A stretch of DNA of 63,325 nt, counting the filler, from Octopus bimaculoides (taxonomy: Eukaryota): assembly GCF_001194135.2 (NCBI RefSeq). It is 6 parts of 6 records of this genome, joined end to end, with 100 filler letters (N's around TTAATTAATTAA, not from the genome) between each part and the next. Parts side by side here need not be neighbours in the genome. Positions count along the whole stretch, not along the records: positions 49,295 to 59,283 come from NC_068982.1; positions 59,384 to 62,154 come from NC_068990.1; positions 62,255 to 63,325 come from NW_026345468.1; 3 more parts are not named here. One strand, given 5' to 3'. Under the pieces are notes generated by a model, which saw nothing but the letters and a program-made list of their open reading frames with translations, was not told where the DNA came from and searched no databases. How positions within the stretch are numbered: the first letter of the stretch is position 1; every line of letters begins with the position of its first letter. The translations under genes and the position numbers were made by a program. Below are positions 51,630-63,325 of the stretch, one piece after another.

Positions 51630-52495
51630 CAGGGTGCTGTGAATATGTTGTCTAAATTACACAAAAATGAAAATAACACTGACAACTCATTTTAACAGAT
51701 ATATTTACCAAAATTACATAAAAATATCTTGAAATACTAAAGAGTAAATCTATCCAATAAAATCACCATTGGCTTCAACCATGGCCTCCAGACGACTTCA
51801 AAACCGTCTGCAACTCTTCTGGACGGTCTCCTTGTTTAAGTTGGTGAATGCTGCCATAATCCTTGCTTTCAGTTTATCTTTGGTGTTAGGAGTTTTGTTG
51901 GTCTCTCGCTCAACTGCGCCCCACACAAAATAATGAAGGGGATTCCAGTGTGGGGAGGTGGCCAGATGTTAGGGTTGATGTGGTCGCAGAAATTGTCTGA
52001 CAGCCATGGCTAGGTTCTCCTGCGTGTGTGACATGGTGCAGAGTCCTGTTGCCAGATAGGATCGTCCAACAGCCATCCTCTTCACCCAGGGCAGCACTAC
52101 CTTCTCCAGGCACTTGATGTAGGCCTCCGTGTTGAGTCTGAAGCCGTGTGGGAAGATGAATGGAGGCGTAATGTAGCTATCACCAGTGATCACTCCAAAC
52201 ACCATGACGTTGACTGGGTGTTTGATTTTTATTATTCTTGGTACATGCGCTCTCCTTAGATTGACACCCAGACACTCTGAAATGTTCGTATTGGCGTTTC
52301 TGGCGTGAATGCCAAGCAGTACAGCATGTCGTTTCCAAATCTCTGGTTGAGTGAATTACGTCATGCTATTGTTTTTCTCACAGATGGTGCCCAACTGGCC
52401 CTACAATAGTGTGTAGTCGACAAAATCAAACACAAACAATGCGCATGCGCAAAATTGAAAATATAAAATGTCGACAATTCACCCTTCGCACCCTG
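51630..52495 (-). mobile_element. Internally deleted Tc1/mariner-superfamily element (DDxD type) with both TIRs
   Basis: CAGGGTGC-type TIRs; N-terminal EIWKRHAVLLGI...ISECLGVNLR fused to VMVFGVITGD...PPFIFPHGFRLNTEAYIKCLEKVVLPW; C-terminal YYFVWGAVERETNKTPNTKDKLKARIMAAFTNLNKETV...EANGDFIG*. Confidence 0.85.
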
Positions 52496-52669
52496 AATAT
52501 ACACGCGTTCAAGTACATCACCACACACTCGCTCGAGTACGCATACTATCTAAAATTTTGTTTGTATTTTTGCCTTAAACATGCATTATCAAAATCACTT
52601 TATTCAATAATTTTCAAGCATGGAGGTAAAAATATTCTTATATTTTATATAATTAATATATTGCTGTAG

Positions 52670-53100
52670 GAAGGCGGTGAGCTGGCAGAAACGTTAGAAC
52701 GCCGGGTAAAAAGCTTAGCGGTATTTCGTCTGCCGTTACGTTCTGAGTTCAAATTCCGCCGAGGTTGACTTTCCCTTTCATCCTTTCGAGGTTGATAAAT
52801 TAAGTACCAGTTACGCACTGAGGTCGATGTAATCGACTCAATCCCTTTGCCTGTCCTTGTTTGTCCCCTCTATGTTTAGCCCCTTGTGAGCAATAAAGAA
52901 ATAAGAAACGTTAACACTCCGGGCAAAATGCTTAGCGTATTTCGTGTCTTCACGTTCTCAGTTCGAATTCCGCCGAGGTTGACTTTGCCTTTCATCTTTT
53001 CGGGGTCGACAAATTAAGTAACAGTTGCGTACTGGCGTCGATCTAATTGACTGCTCCCCCCCCCCCAATTTCGAACCTTGTGCCTAATGTAGAAAAGAAT
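52670..53100 (+). mobile_element. Two SINE family A copies head-to-tail
   Basis: aaggcggtgagctggcagaaacgttag... at 52670; second unit aagaaacgttaacactccgggcaaaatgcttagcg... at ~52905. Confidence 0.85.
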
Positions 53101-55236
53101 ATATTGAAGGTATTTTTTTTTTTTGTCATAGCTTGTATTTAATTAGTTTGTTTCGAACTGGGATAACAGGATGAATCTCTAGAGAAGTAATCCTCCAGAG
53201 TTAAAGGTATTAACTACTGAAATACGTCTAATTTGTTAATTTACTTAACAGTCAACTCTGTTAGCAAGCTTGCGAGGGAATAAATATTCAGTGAATACTT
53301 TTTTGATTTATATCTTTTTTTAGTCCAATGTTAGTCTGAACATTTCATGTTAAATATTTTTCGTTAATAACTTCTAATCTACTACTCAGAAAATACAATT
53401 AGATGAACAGTTGTAAAAGTCTTGCGGCTAGCCTTAATCTTCCCAATTATCCACGCAGCAGTCATTAAACTCAAATCACATTTCGCATGGGCATCCAACT
53501 AATAAAATATTCATATATCACACAAGTAATTTAGAACTATGGGTGAGATTTTAGATTATTTCATTTCCTCCCGGCAGATGTCGCCTTTATTCATAATTTA
53601 ATAAAACATTCGATACAGTATAATGTATTAATGAAAGCATACAAATAGTTGGTTCTTCTTTGGTTATAGAATATCGCAACAGGCTTTGTTGGCAAGTCGT
53701 TGTGTTACCGACAATAATCCGTCGGTTATTCTTTGTTAACCAGGCCCTTGTCGTGCACAGAACAAGGGTACACTAACCTAATTCGCGTGTAAAGGTATCA
53801 TTGAGCATATACCATCTATTACTGCAAGCAGGTGGAGCATTTAAGTCTATTAATCCATTAGAACGTAGAGTTAATTATAAGAGTTCTTGCGGCCATGAAA
53901 GATGTAAAGAGGACCATTCAGAACTTTGCCCTGACAATCATGTTATGTCAGCGATCTTCATTTTATTGGAAAGAATTGCGATGTGTAGATCTTTCTCAAT
54001 GATATCGCTAACATATTTCAATCACATTACTAATATTGGTGAAATGAAGTTACTCCAGAGAAAAAACGAAACTTTGTCGCGTGTTTGGTTTGCCGTTATT
54101 CTACCCCTATTTTAAAGACCTCACCACACAAAACGGCTCAAATTAAAGGCTGTCATAATTAATCAGATCAAATAAATTAATGAGCAGAAATGATAAAGTT
54201 AAATTAATTATAGAAACTACTCACAACCGGATCATTACAGTGGTTTACTATTTTCCACACAAAAGCAAACATGAAATAGGCCGCGCTTTGAGTAACTCAA
54301 ACTTCAGTTCTGTAGACAGGCTGGTAATTGAAATAATTAACTCTTCGATGTAAAACGCAGAACGGTATAGAACATAGGAAATTCAGCTGATGTTTAACTT
54401 CAAAAGGAAGACAACGAAATATGTCAAATTAATAATACAGATTGTCCAGGTACATCAACAAAAGTTGATGTAATCACAGAATATGATGGAGAAATGAAAT
54501 AACTTTACTCATAGAGTAAATATTAACTTAATCATAGAGTAAGTTTTCAGGTATTTACTTTTACCTGGCCTTTATTCTTAGTCGACATGGACGCTTATAT
54601 ATATCTACATATCTATATAATACGGAAAGTAAAATCAATTAGTTTTAATACCATTAAGAGGGCCTTAAAAGCTTGGTATATTACAGTTTAGATAATGGCT
54701 TAAAAGCATTTTCATTTGTTAAAAGTAGGATTCGGGTGAGTTAGAAGATTATTTAACCAGTATCTGTTAAGAAATACGTGTTTTAAGTTTTGGTTGTAGT
54801 AAAGGTATTTGTTCGTACATAGATTCTAGTGGTAGATGAAGTTATACTGAAACAATGTTACCACCTTATTTGCACGAAATGGTATCAGGTATTAACACAT
54901 TGTAACAGAGAAGATGGTAGTAACAACACAGTGATGATAACCTTCATGCTGTTACCGAGCTTGATTACTTCGTAAAAAACAAAGAAATTGTTCGTCTTGC
55001 AGGTAAAAAATATTAGTGTCATTGTAGAATGCAAACCATGTAGAAATGATTACCGAAGTGTTGTGACTCCTTTCCGGCTCAATAAAATTATATGTTGCAC
55101 ATTCAAGTCGTCTCTTTGAAAATGTCTCATTTCTTATTATATATCATAACGGTAACTAAACCGAAATCTCAGAACTGCCTTGCACACATTTCAGCCATGT
55201 CTCTCTCGATATATCATTTATTTTGAGTGAAAATAT

Positions 55237-55400
55237 AGGCACAAGCGTAGATATGTGGTAAGAAGTTTGCTTCTCAACCACATGGCTCCGGCTTCAATCA
55301 CACTGCGTGGCACCTTGGGCAAGTGTCTTCAGTTATAGCCTGAAAGCGATCAAAGTCTTGTGAATGAATTTGGTAGACGGAAACAGAAAGAAGCCTGTTT
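55237..55400 (+). mobile_element. SINE family B head
   Basis: tatgtggtaagaagtttgcttctcaaccacatggctccggcttcaatcacactgcgtggcaccttgggcaagtgtcttc. Confidence 0.75.
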
Positions 55401-55479
55401 CGTTTCGTTGTTTGCATGCATGCATGTGTGCGCGTGTATGTATGTATGTCTCTTCTATTTTTCATTTTAATTATCATAA

Positions 55480-56945
55480 ATCTTTCACTGAGGAGGGGGC
55501 CGGTTTCCAACAAAGATACAAGATTCCATCTTTGAGATGTAGTTGACACAGACAAATTGACATTTGGAACTTGAGAAAAGTTTTGCATATTTTTACTGTT
55601 CCTCTCACAGATTGTACTTGTAATGCACGAATCAGCCGGTCAATTTCTCTTCATGACAATCCCAGTTTATCCAGATTTTCCTTTAAGCATTTACTAACAA
55701 AACCTAGTGCTCCAATTATTATTGGTATGAATATGAATTCATAATCTGGCTATAAAATCTGGAGGTTTCAAAGCAGTTTCTCATAGATATCCTCTTTTTC
55801 TTTGCTTTTATATCTGCAGGGCAGCTAACCTCTATGATGTTCTAAACAACAATATTCTATACAACAATAACATTTGACAGAAGTTTTGATGGGAATATTC
55901 CACCAGTATTCCTTGAGTTTGTGTTTGTGAATGTATTTCATAACAGGGATTTTCTAAGTATATTTCAGGACAGTCTTTTTTTCGCGGATGGCATTGTAAG
56001 TTGTTTTAGCAACAAAATCGTGCTGCATAGGGAGGTAGTACCGTGGCGGCATTTTAAGACGGCTGCTAATCACATGAGTAATGTCTTCCACAGAAATATG
56101 ACATAGCCTAAACCTGCGGTTGCACCTTGGAATTACAAGAACGTCACTATCTCTCTTGTTCACCAGGTACTTTGTGGCAATCTCATGTTCCTGGATTGCA
56201 AACGCATAGCCTTCAAAGTGTGATGTGTTGTTTAGCAGGTGCTGCCTGAGTGATACGATAAAGTATTCGAAGGCCGTCTGCACTGGTCTCAGGCCTCTAC
56301 CACCTTCATTTCTTCTTAGGTAGAGCCTGTCAACATCACTGTTTCTGTGGAAGTTCCCCGTTGTTGTGAGGATTTTGCGAGTTTTGATAACCATGGAGCG
56401 GATTTCTTCTACAGACCAATAAAGTATCTCAGATGTTGAGATCAGCACTGGTACTGCAAACGCATTGTGTGATATTGTTTTTCCAAGTCTGATGTAATAT
56501 TCTCGGGTCACTCTATCTTTATTTACAGTGCCTTCATATGATACATTTTCGTCTATGCCTAGGTACTTGTAATATTTTTTGTGTGGAATGGTGGAGATAG
56601 AGAGACCATTGATGCACAGGTTTTGGGTTTGGGGGACAGACTTTCCTCGTTATATAACCAAATGAACATTTCTTTTGGCCAAATTCCATGCCTATATCAA
56701 CTGAAAATGTTGTTATTAATTACAGTTGTTTTTTGGCATTATTAACGCCTTTAGCATTAATCTTCAGGTCGTCTATAAAGAAATTATGAGTTACGTTGAT
56801 ATTTCTGGCAGTTGAAAATCCTAGCATGTAACCATTTGTTTTCTGCCGTAATGGAACGATAATGGATTGAGTGCCAAAATGAAAAGAAGTACAAAAAGAC
56901 TATCTCCCTGGAATATTCCCTTTGAAATGCCTATACTATCAGAAA
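55480..56945 (-). mobile_element. Decayed RLE-clade LINE (same family as 15722-17535) with 3' UTR
   Basis: HNFFIDDLK, YKYLGIDEN, DVDRLYLRRNEGGRGL, RLCHISVEDITHVISS...RYYLPMQHDFVAK, YWWNIPIKT. Confidence 0.9.
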
Positions 56946-57374
56946 CAATTATTCTGTTCTCAGTTGTATGTATGTATGCATGTATGTATGTATGTATGTG
57001 TATATATATATATATATATATGTATGCATATATATAAATATATATATNNNNNNNNNNNNNNNNNNNNNNNNNNNNNNNNNNNNNNNNNNNNNNNNNNNNN
57101 NNNNNNNNNNNNNNNNNNNNNNNNNNNNNNNNNNNNNNNNNNNNNNNNNNNNNNNNNNNNNNNNNNNNNNNNNNNNNNNNNNNNNNNNNNNNNNNNNNNN
57201 NNNNNNNNNNNNNNNNNNNNNNNNNNNNNNNNNNNNNNNNNNNNNNNNNNNNNNNNNNNNNNNNNNNNNNNNNNNNNNNNNNNNNNNNNNNNNNNNNNNN
57301 NNNNNNNNNNNNNNNNNNNNNNNNNNNNNNNNNNNNNNNNNNNNNNNNNNNNNNNNNNNNNNNNNNNNNNNNNT

Positions 57375-57530
57375 ACTAGCATTTAACCATTTGTTTTGTT
57401 TTCTGCAGTAGGAACGATTATGGATTCAGTGCCAAAATGAAAAGAAGTACAGAATATTCCCTTTGAAATGCTTATACTAACAGAAACAATTATCCTGTTC
57501 TCAGTTGTATGTATGTATGCGTGTGCGTTT
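57375..57530 (-). repeat. Diverged duplicate of 56820-56990 (LINE truncation point plus microsatellite junction)
   Basis: Same ...agaaacaattat.ctgttctcagttgtatgtatgtatg junction, with substitutions and a ~14-bp deletion. Confidence 0.75.
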
Positions 57531-57566
57531 GTATGTATGTATATATGTGTATTGTGTGTGTGTGTG

Positions 57567-57597
<31 letters not shown>

Positions 57598-57619
57598 GTG
57601 TGTGTGTGTGTGTGTGTGC

Positions 57620-57846
57620 GCTCGCGCGCGTGTTTATCTTTGTGTCTGAGTTTGTCCCTCAGCACCGCTTGACAACCGGTGTTGACTTGATAACCATATT
57701 TTAGCGGTTCGGCAAAACAGACCGAGAGAATAAGTACCAGGCTATAACAATAAAGTACTGGCGTCGATTCATTCGACTAAAAATTGTTCAAGGTGCTGCC
57801 CCAGCATGGCCACAGTCTAATGACTGAAACAAGTCAAAGATAAAAG
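57620..57846 (+). mobile_element. SINE family B 3' part
   Basis: ttagcggttcggcaaaacagaccga...cccagcatggccacagtctaatgactgaaacaagtcaaagataaaag. Confidence 0.75.
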
Positions 57847-58299
57847 ACAGCATTGCTTTCTATAATACTGCTACCAGACTGTTTTCTTGATGACAATAAA
57901 ATATCTTCAAATATGTGGCCCCACAGTTTCCAATCATCGAACCACACTTTTAACCATCTTTCTCTGTTCGGAGCTTTCTCACACCACAGAGTCTGATTTC
58001 CTGTAAAGATAGGAGAAACAAATTATCTTTACATTTGGCAGAGTTTTTCTACAACACACATAAATGGACAGTTTCCCTTCTTTTAATTTTTTTTCTCCTT
58101 TCCAGATTTTAACCCCCTTACTTTTCCTATTCCAGACGACGCATATATTAACATACAATTTCATCCTCAAAATATGCACCACATATTCTTCCCGCTTAAA
58201 TGGATTCCCCACGCCAACTTTTCTTCATATATATATAATGATAGATGTACATGTGTATATCGTTATACTTATATACTGAAAAAATTTCTTGATATTTTG

Positions 58300-58505
58300 C
58301 GGCGAGCTGGAAGAGACTTTAGCACGACGGGCAAAATGCTTAGCGACATTTCGTCTGTCTTTACGTTCTGAGTTCAAATTCCACCGAGGTCAACTTTGCC
58401 TTTCATCCTTTCGGGATCGATAAAATATGTACCAGTTGAGTACTGGGCTCGATGTAATCGACTGTCCCCTTCCACAAAATTTCAATCCCTGTGCCTATAG
58501 CTGAA
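58300..58505 (+). mobile_element. SINE family A
   Basis: gcggcgagctgg...ttctgagttcaaattccaccgaggtcaactttgcc...tgtgcctatag. Confidence 0.8.
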
Positions 58506-58529
58506 ACGATGCTTTTTTATCATCATCAC

Positions 58530-59070
58530 CATATGATTTCACCATTTGGATGCATTTCAAACAGGCTTTTGGCAACATCTCTGCCTTGCACCATGTAAGA
58601 TACATTTCTTTCAAACCTACTTTCCCTGTTCTAAGTCAGGTATTAATTGGCCGCGAAGGTTTTGATCTCTATCCTGCAGTTTCTATTCTAGGGCTTCATG
58701 GATCATTCTCAATACGAAAGATTATGCTCAGGCCCCATTTATGGAAATTATTGAATTATTCTTGTCCTCTTTTAACACACGCCAGAATTCTGAACCAGTC
58801 GCTTTTGTCGCTTTTATTACATTTCATCTTAGTTTTAAGACTAAGTGCCTTCATTTCCACGAAGACTGGATCCTTACGAATGCTTCATAGTGCTTGTTCA
58901 GCCTTACAAGTACTTTGTTGTCGTGTTGACATCTTTGATAATAGTTCCTAGATGTGTAAAGTGTTACACATACGGCGTTGTGGCTTGCAGAGTTATTTTT
59001 GAACTAATGATGTGAAGCCCTCTCATGTTTCTATAAGTGTTCACTTTATCGGTCTTCTTCTATAGTCTGT
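58530..59070 (-). mobile_element. Decayed RTE-like LINE 3' coding fragment
   Basis: HFTHLGTIIKD...KVLVRLNKHYEAFVRIQSSWK...NFHKWGLSIIFRIE resembles FTYLGS.I...RI.KA..AF...FH..CLR.IL.I. Confidence 0.6.
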
Positions 59071-59227
59071 CTCATGTCCTTTGTGTTTTAGCTGTTGTCC
59101 GTGCTTAACTTTTTCTTTCATATATACATATGCATACATATACACATCTATTTGTTTATATATAGAGACATTTTCATGCTTTATCTATCTATCTATATGT
59201 CTATCTGTCTGTCTGTCTGTCTCTGTG

Positions 59228-59283
<56 letters not shown>

Positions 59284-59383
59284 NNNNNNNNNNNNNNNNN
59301 NNNNNNNNNNNNNNNNNNNNNNNNNNNTTAATTAATTAANNNNNNNNNNNNNNNNNNNNNNNNNNNNNNNNNNNNNNNNNNNN
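59284..59383. other. Artificial 100-bp contig spacer
   Basis: 44N + TTAATTAATTAA (59328-59339) + 44N. Confidence 0.95.
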
Positions 59384-59426
<43 letters not shown>

Positions 59427-59576
59427 GATTATAACTGCCGTATTTTTCAAATGATTTGATAGCAGAAAATACCTTTCCAGGGTTACGTGGAGAAGGGAGG
59501 TAACTCTTTGCGAAGTAGTTTTCAGAATTTGATTGTCTCCCTTACATCCATTGGTCAAAATTTTATCACAATCTCA

Positions 59577-61214
59577 TCTAATATATAAAATATAGAATTG
59601 TGTGTATTCGCTTTTCACGCGTATCTCTATCTCTCTATATCTCTCTATCCATCTCTATCTCTATATCTATCTCTCTGTATCTATCTGTCTATATATCTTA
59701 TCTATCTATATCTATCTTATCTGTCTAAATAGCTAGCTCTCTCCCCCTCTTTCTATATCACATTCACTCTCTATTGATTTCACTTTAAGTTCAATCGCTA
59801 TTGTTTTCACGGTAAGTTTTCAATCGCTATCTACAAACAACAACGATAAATTTGCAAACGACAACGACAGAAAGAGGTTCACATTTACTGATGAAAGTAA
59901 TTTCATACATAATTTACTGACAGAAGTAACCTCATAAAGTTCACTTCAATTCGTACACTTCGGTAAATTTGCCTATAAATTACTTATTTACTTTTGCAAC
60001 GTTTTGTGTTTTTTGTTGTTGACGGAATTACTGATAAAAGTAAGTTCATAATTTACTGACAGAAGTTAATTTCCCTAAAAAATTCGTATTTACTTTTGCA
60101 ACAGTTTTGTGTTTTTCTGTTGTTAACGGCTTTTTCTGGTTCCTTCGATACTGGCTCTTTGATTCACTAAGTGACAAATTTCGTTTTAACCCGTACAATT
60201 CTTTATCTTCCGTAAACATTTCTTATTTGCTTTCTGCCCATCGTATTAAGAAATATAATTTCCATTACCCAGCTATTTTCATTGTTTACTATCTTCTGCA
60301 GCCGTGTATTTCCGTATACGTATGTAAGCATGCCTAGAAGGAAAATTTATCTACAATGTCAAGGTCAGCCAAAAGAATGTCTGTTCAGGGAAAGACAGCC
60401 GCAGAAAAGGAAGCATACCAAGAAACGAAGAGACTGTGCACTACAAAAACCAGAGCATCTCAAAGGGATGCACAGCTGATAAGGAATAAGATCTCCACTG
60501 TAGAACGAAGAGCAGTTGCAACAGCTCAGAGAAGCAACTTCTATGAAGCAGCTTTCAATTATGATCCAGCAGTTCATTATGCAGATGAGACTAGAGTTTC
60601 CATTGGTGCAATAACAACTGAGTGCATACATTGTAAAGCAAAGAAGTGGCCTGGAGAGACACCTGCACTATGCTGCAGTGGTGGAAAGGTTAAACTCCCT
60701 GCAATCCCCCAACCTCCAGAGCCATTGAAGAAACTGTTGTCATCAACTGATCAAGATTCAAAGCACTTCCAAAACAAAAATACACAATACAACGCTGCAC
60801 TACAGATGACATCATTTGGAGCCACAAGAGATTTAACTGAGCCAGGATTCATGCAAACTTCCAAGATCCAAAGTCAGATTTATCATCGGATTGGCTATCT
60901 ACTGCCTCTGTCAAATGTATCACTAAAAGCGGTCTTTCATTGTTTATAATCTGTACCTGTTCTTTGGTTACGAAATAAGCTACACAAAACATGTTTTTGA
61001 ATTACGTGTATTTACTTTATATACATATATGAGTTGAAAACTTTCTTTTAACATTTCACTTAACATCTCTGTTCCATGCTGGCATGGGTTGGAGAGTCAT
61101 TAATGTAGAAAGTTGGTATCTCAGCTACTAGCAGTTGATACCTACGTAATCTACACGGCGTTTTTAATTTTCATAATACTCTTTAACCTGGGCAATGCCG
61201 GGTATATCTGCTAG
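59577..61214 (+). mobile_element. Non-autonomous Helitron with both termini, retaining the N-terminal part of Rep (ORF 60356-60949)
   Basis: 5' A|TCTAATATATAAAA (alternative start 59572); 3' hairpin acctgggcaatgccgggt (61186-61203) then CTAG|T (61211-61215); CIHCKAKKWPGE...CCSGGKVKLP...YNAALQMTSFGA...IYHRIG.LLP is the Helitron Rep N-terminal block. Confidence 0.85.
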
Positions 61215-61297
61215 TATATATATATAATATGCGAATACTGACAGATATATATATATATATATATATATACCAAACATTCGAACAAAACATTCGAGCG

Positions 61298-61565
61298 AGG
61301 TCGTTGCCAGTGCCACTGGACTGACTCCTGTGCAGGTGGCACGTAAAAAGCACCATTTAAGCGTGGCCGTTGCCAGTACCACCTGACTGGCCCACGTGCC
61401 GGTGGCACGTAGAAGCACCCACTGCACCCTCGGAGTGGTTGGTGTTAGGAAGGGCATCCAGCTGTAGAAACTCTGCCAGATCAGATTGGAGCCTGGTGTA
61501 GCCATCTGGTTCACCAGACCTCAGTCAAATCGTCCAACCCATGCTAGCATGGAAAGCGGATGTTA
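61298..61565 (+). mobile_element. Family D SINE
   Basis: cgttgccagtgccactggactg...aaatcgtccaacccatgctagcatggaaagcgga, as in 15375-15710. Confidence 0.85.
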
Positions 61566-61720
61566 TATATAGAATTCACACTAAGGTAAAATTATTAATA
61601 TACATAGCATTAGGTTTGGTTTCTCAAACACTAAGAACTTAGCCCAAATAATTGCAGCTTATAATTTTAAAATACTTAAATCAAAGGGAATTGGGGAGGA
61701 TAGTCATGAGAACCCTGATA

Positions 61721-61789
<69 letters not shown>

Positions 61790-61829
61790 CGTACTATGAT
61801 TACAGTAAGGAGGTTAATCCCAGAAGATT

Positions 61830-62140
61830 GAAGTTTGAAGGCCCAAATGTGAGATTGAAGAATATAGTTTATCAATGTAAGGTAACGACTCAGACAGATG
61901 TTAGCATACACGTGGGTTGTTCTTCGGGACAAATTTGTAAACGAATATTGAATCATTATAATACTTTTAGAGATAGAAGTAAAGTAGTCTTAGTAAATTC
62001 ATTTGGGAACTGAAGGAACAAAAAAGCAATATTCGTTAGAATGGTCAATTATTGGGAAATCTTTCCCCTATGACAAAGGTAAGAGATATTGCTCGCTGTG
62101 TAATCTAGAATTATTTTTTATATTATTCTCTAAGGGTAAG
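61830..62140 (+). mobile_element. Penelope-like element GIY-YIG endonuclease fragment
   Basis: NIVYQCKV...IHVGCSSGQICKRILNHYNTF...LSKFIWELKEQK...EWSIIGKSFPYDKGKRYCSLCNLE, with frameshifts. Confidence 0.75.
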
Positions 62141-62154
62141 TATTAACTTACCCT

Positions 62155-62254
62155 NNNNNNNNNNNNNNNNNNNNNNNNNNNNNNNNNNNNNNNNNNNNTT
62201 AATTAATTAANNNNNNNNNNNNNNNNNNNNNNNNNNNNNNNNNNNNNNNNNNNN
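62155..62254. other. Artificial 100-bp contig spacer
   Basis: 44N + TTAATTAATTAA (62199-62210) + 44N. Confidence 0.95.
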
Positions 62255-62814
62255 ATTAAGTACCAGTTGTGTACTGGGGTCAATCTAATCGACTGGCCCC
62301 TTCTTCAAAAATTTCGAGCCTTGTGCCGAGAGTAGAAAAGAATATTGAAATACAGTTATAAACGGTTTGTAAAATAATTCGTAAAACATTTGTCCCGCCT
62401 GAAGGTTCATCGGAGTTAGAACAACGATGTTCCAAATATTTTAGCACAATCATAAATCAATACATTAAAGATATATCATGAAACAATTAATGTCAAAAAG
62501 ATTTGTTAAGAAAGATGTATGGCAATAGAAATATACGAGAGTTTTTCAATGATGGCGGCAGCGGTTTGTTTACATTATTTTCGATCTGTATTATGGCAGA
62601 TTTTGGCCGGTTCTCGGTGTGATGAGAAGATCGATCAGCAGTGTGAGAGTTGGTATAACAATTACTATCTCTGGTAGCTATTTTTTTTTTGAAAGAAAGA
62701 TGCTTGCTGTCGAAGCTGCTTTGTAGAATAACTGGCGTTTGGGTGGATTTTGTTCTAGTTTGTTTTAGCTTATAGTTATACGAGAAGAGATGTAACTGAA
62801 CCTGTTATCGATAA

Positions 62815-62864
<50 letters not shown>

Positions 62865-62922
62865 TGATAGCTATATAGATAAATAGAAAAATACACAGAT
62901 ACATAATACATACATACGTACA

Positions 62923-62953
<31 letters not shown>

Positions 62954-62960
62954 GTAAACA

Positions 62961-63005
<45 letters not shown>

Positions 63006-63325
63006 CATCCACGTTTATAATAGCTCGTATCCAAGCAACATACATTAATTTATATTTCATTGCTGTTTCATTATTTTGTGAATTTTCCTAAACCCACATC
63101 CAGTATCACTTGTCTAAGTACACGAAAGAAATGCATACGCTCGTGCGTGTACACACACACGCATACACACACGCACACACGCATACACACGCAGATAAGC
63201 ACGCACATGCATGCACACACACACTGTATGAAAGAGCTGATGTATACTTACGTACATGGAGCCTCATGGAGCTTTAGGGGAATATGTGGTATTCATCAAC
63301 TTGCAGACATTGTATTATGTCAATT

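Noticed and set aside
53640-54115. Possible hAT transposase C-terminal motifs (RLANKACCDIL)
   Set aside because: The motif-like pieces occur in the wrong order, with many stops
62380-62420. CCGATGA on the minus strand, as in the 34935 motif
   Set aside because: No GAAA or stem III follows

Overview
Eukaryotic, repeat-saturated, microsatellite-rich genomic DNA. The SINE families, LINE types and assembly style look like Octopus (recognised from sequence character, not from a search). Most of the window is transposon debris: four SINE families, RLE-type LINE remnants (R4/Dong-like and HERO-like), RTE-like LINEs, a Penelope GIY-YIG fragment, mariner/Tc1 relics and MITEs, a DINE/HINE-like element, and a non-autonomous Helitron with both termini. 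Five identical 100-bp artificial spacers (44N-TTAATTAATTAA-44N) split the window into six segments whose adjacency is not guaranteed. The one convincing host coding exon is at 33939-34184 (-). It encodes an 81-aa secreted prepropeptide with a C-x9-C-x2-C-x12-CC-x9-C framework, a splice acceptor directly before the ATG and a downstream AATAAA/U-rich poly(A) site. I cannot assign it to a named family. About 750 bp upstream on the same strand is a near-canonical minimal hammerhead ribozyme of Penelope type. Other notable signals: a textbook AG|GTAAGT recursive-splice-like site, a ~350-bp fold-back palindrome, a ~16-kb CpG-depleted domain implying an unresolved methylated host gene, an RFX X-box plus CCAAT promoter, and inverted SINE pairs. 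Repeat boundaries are by-eye estimates.
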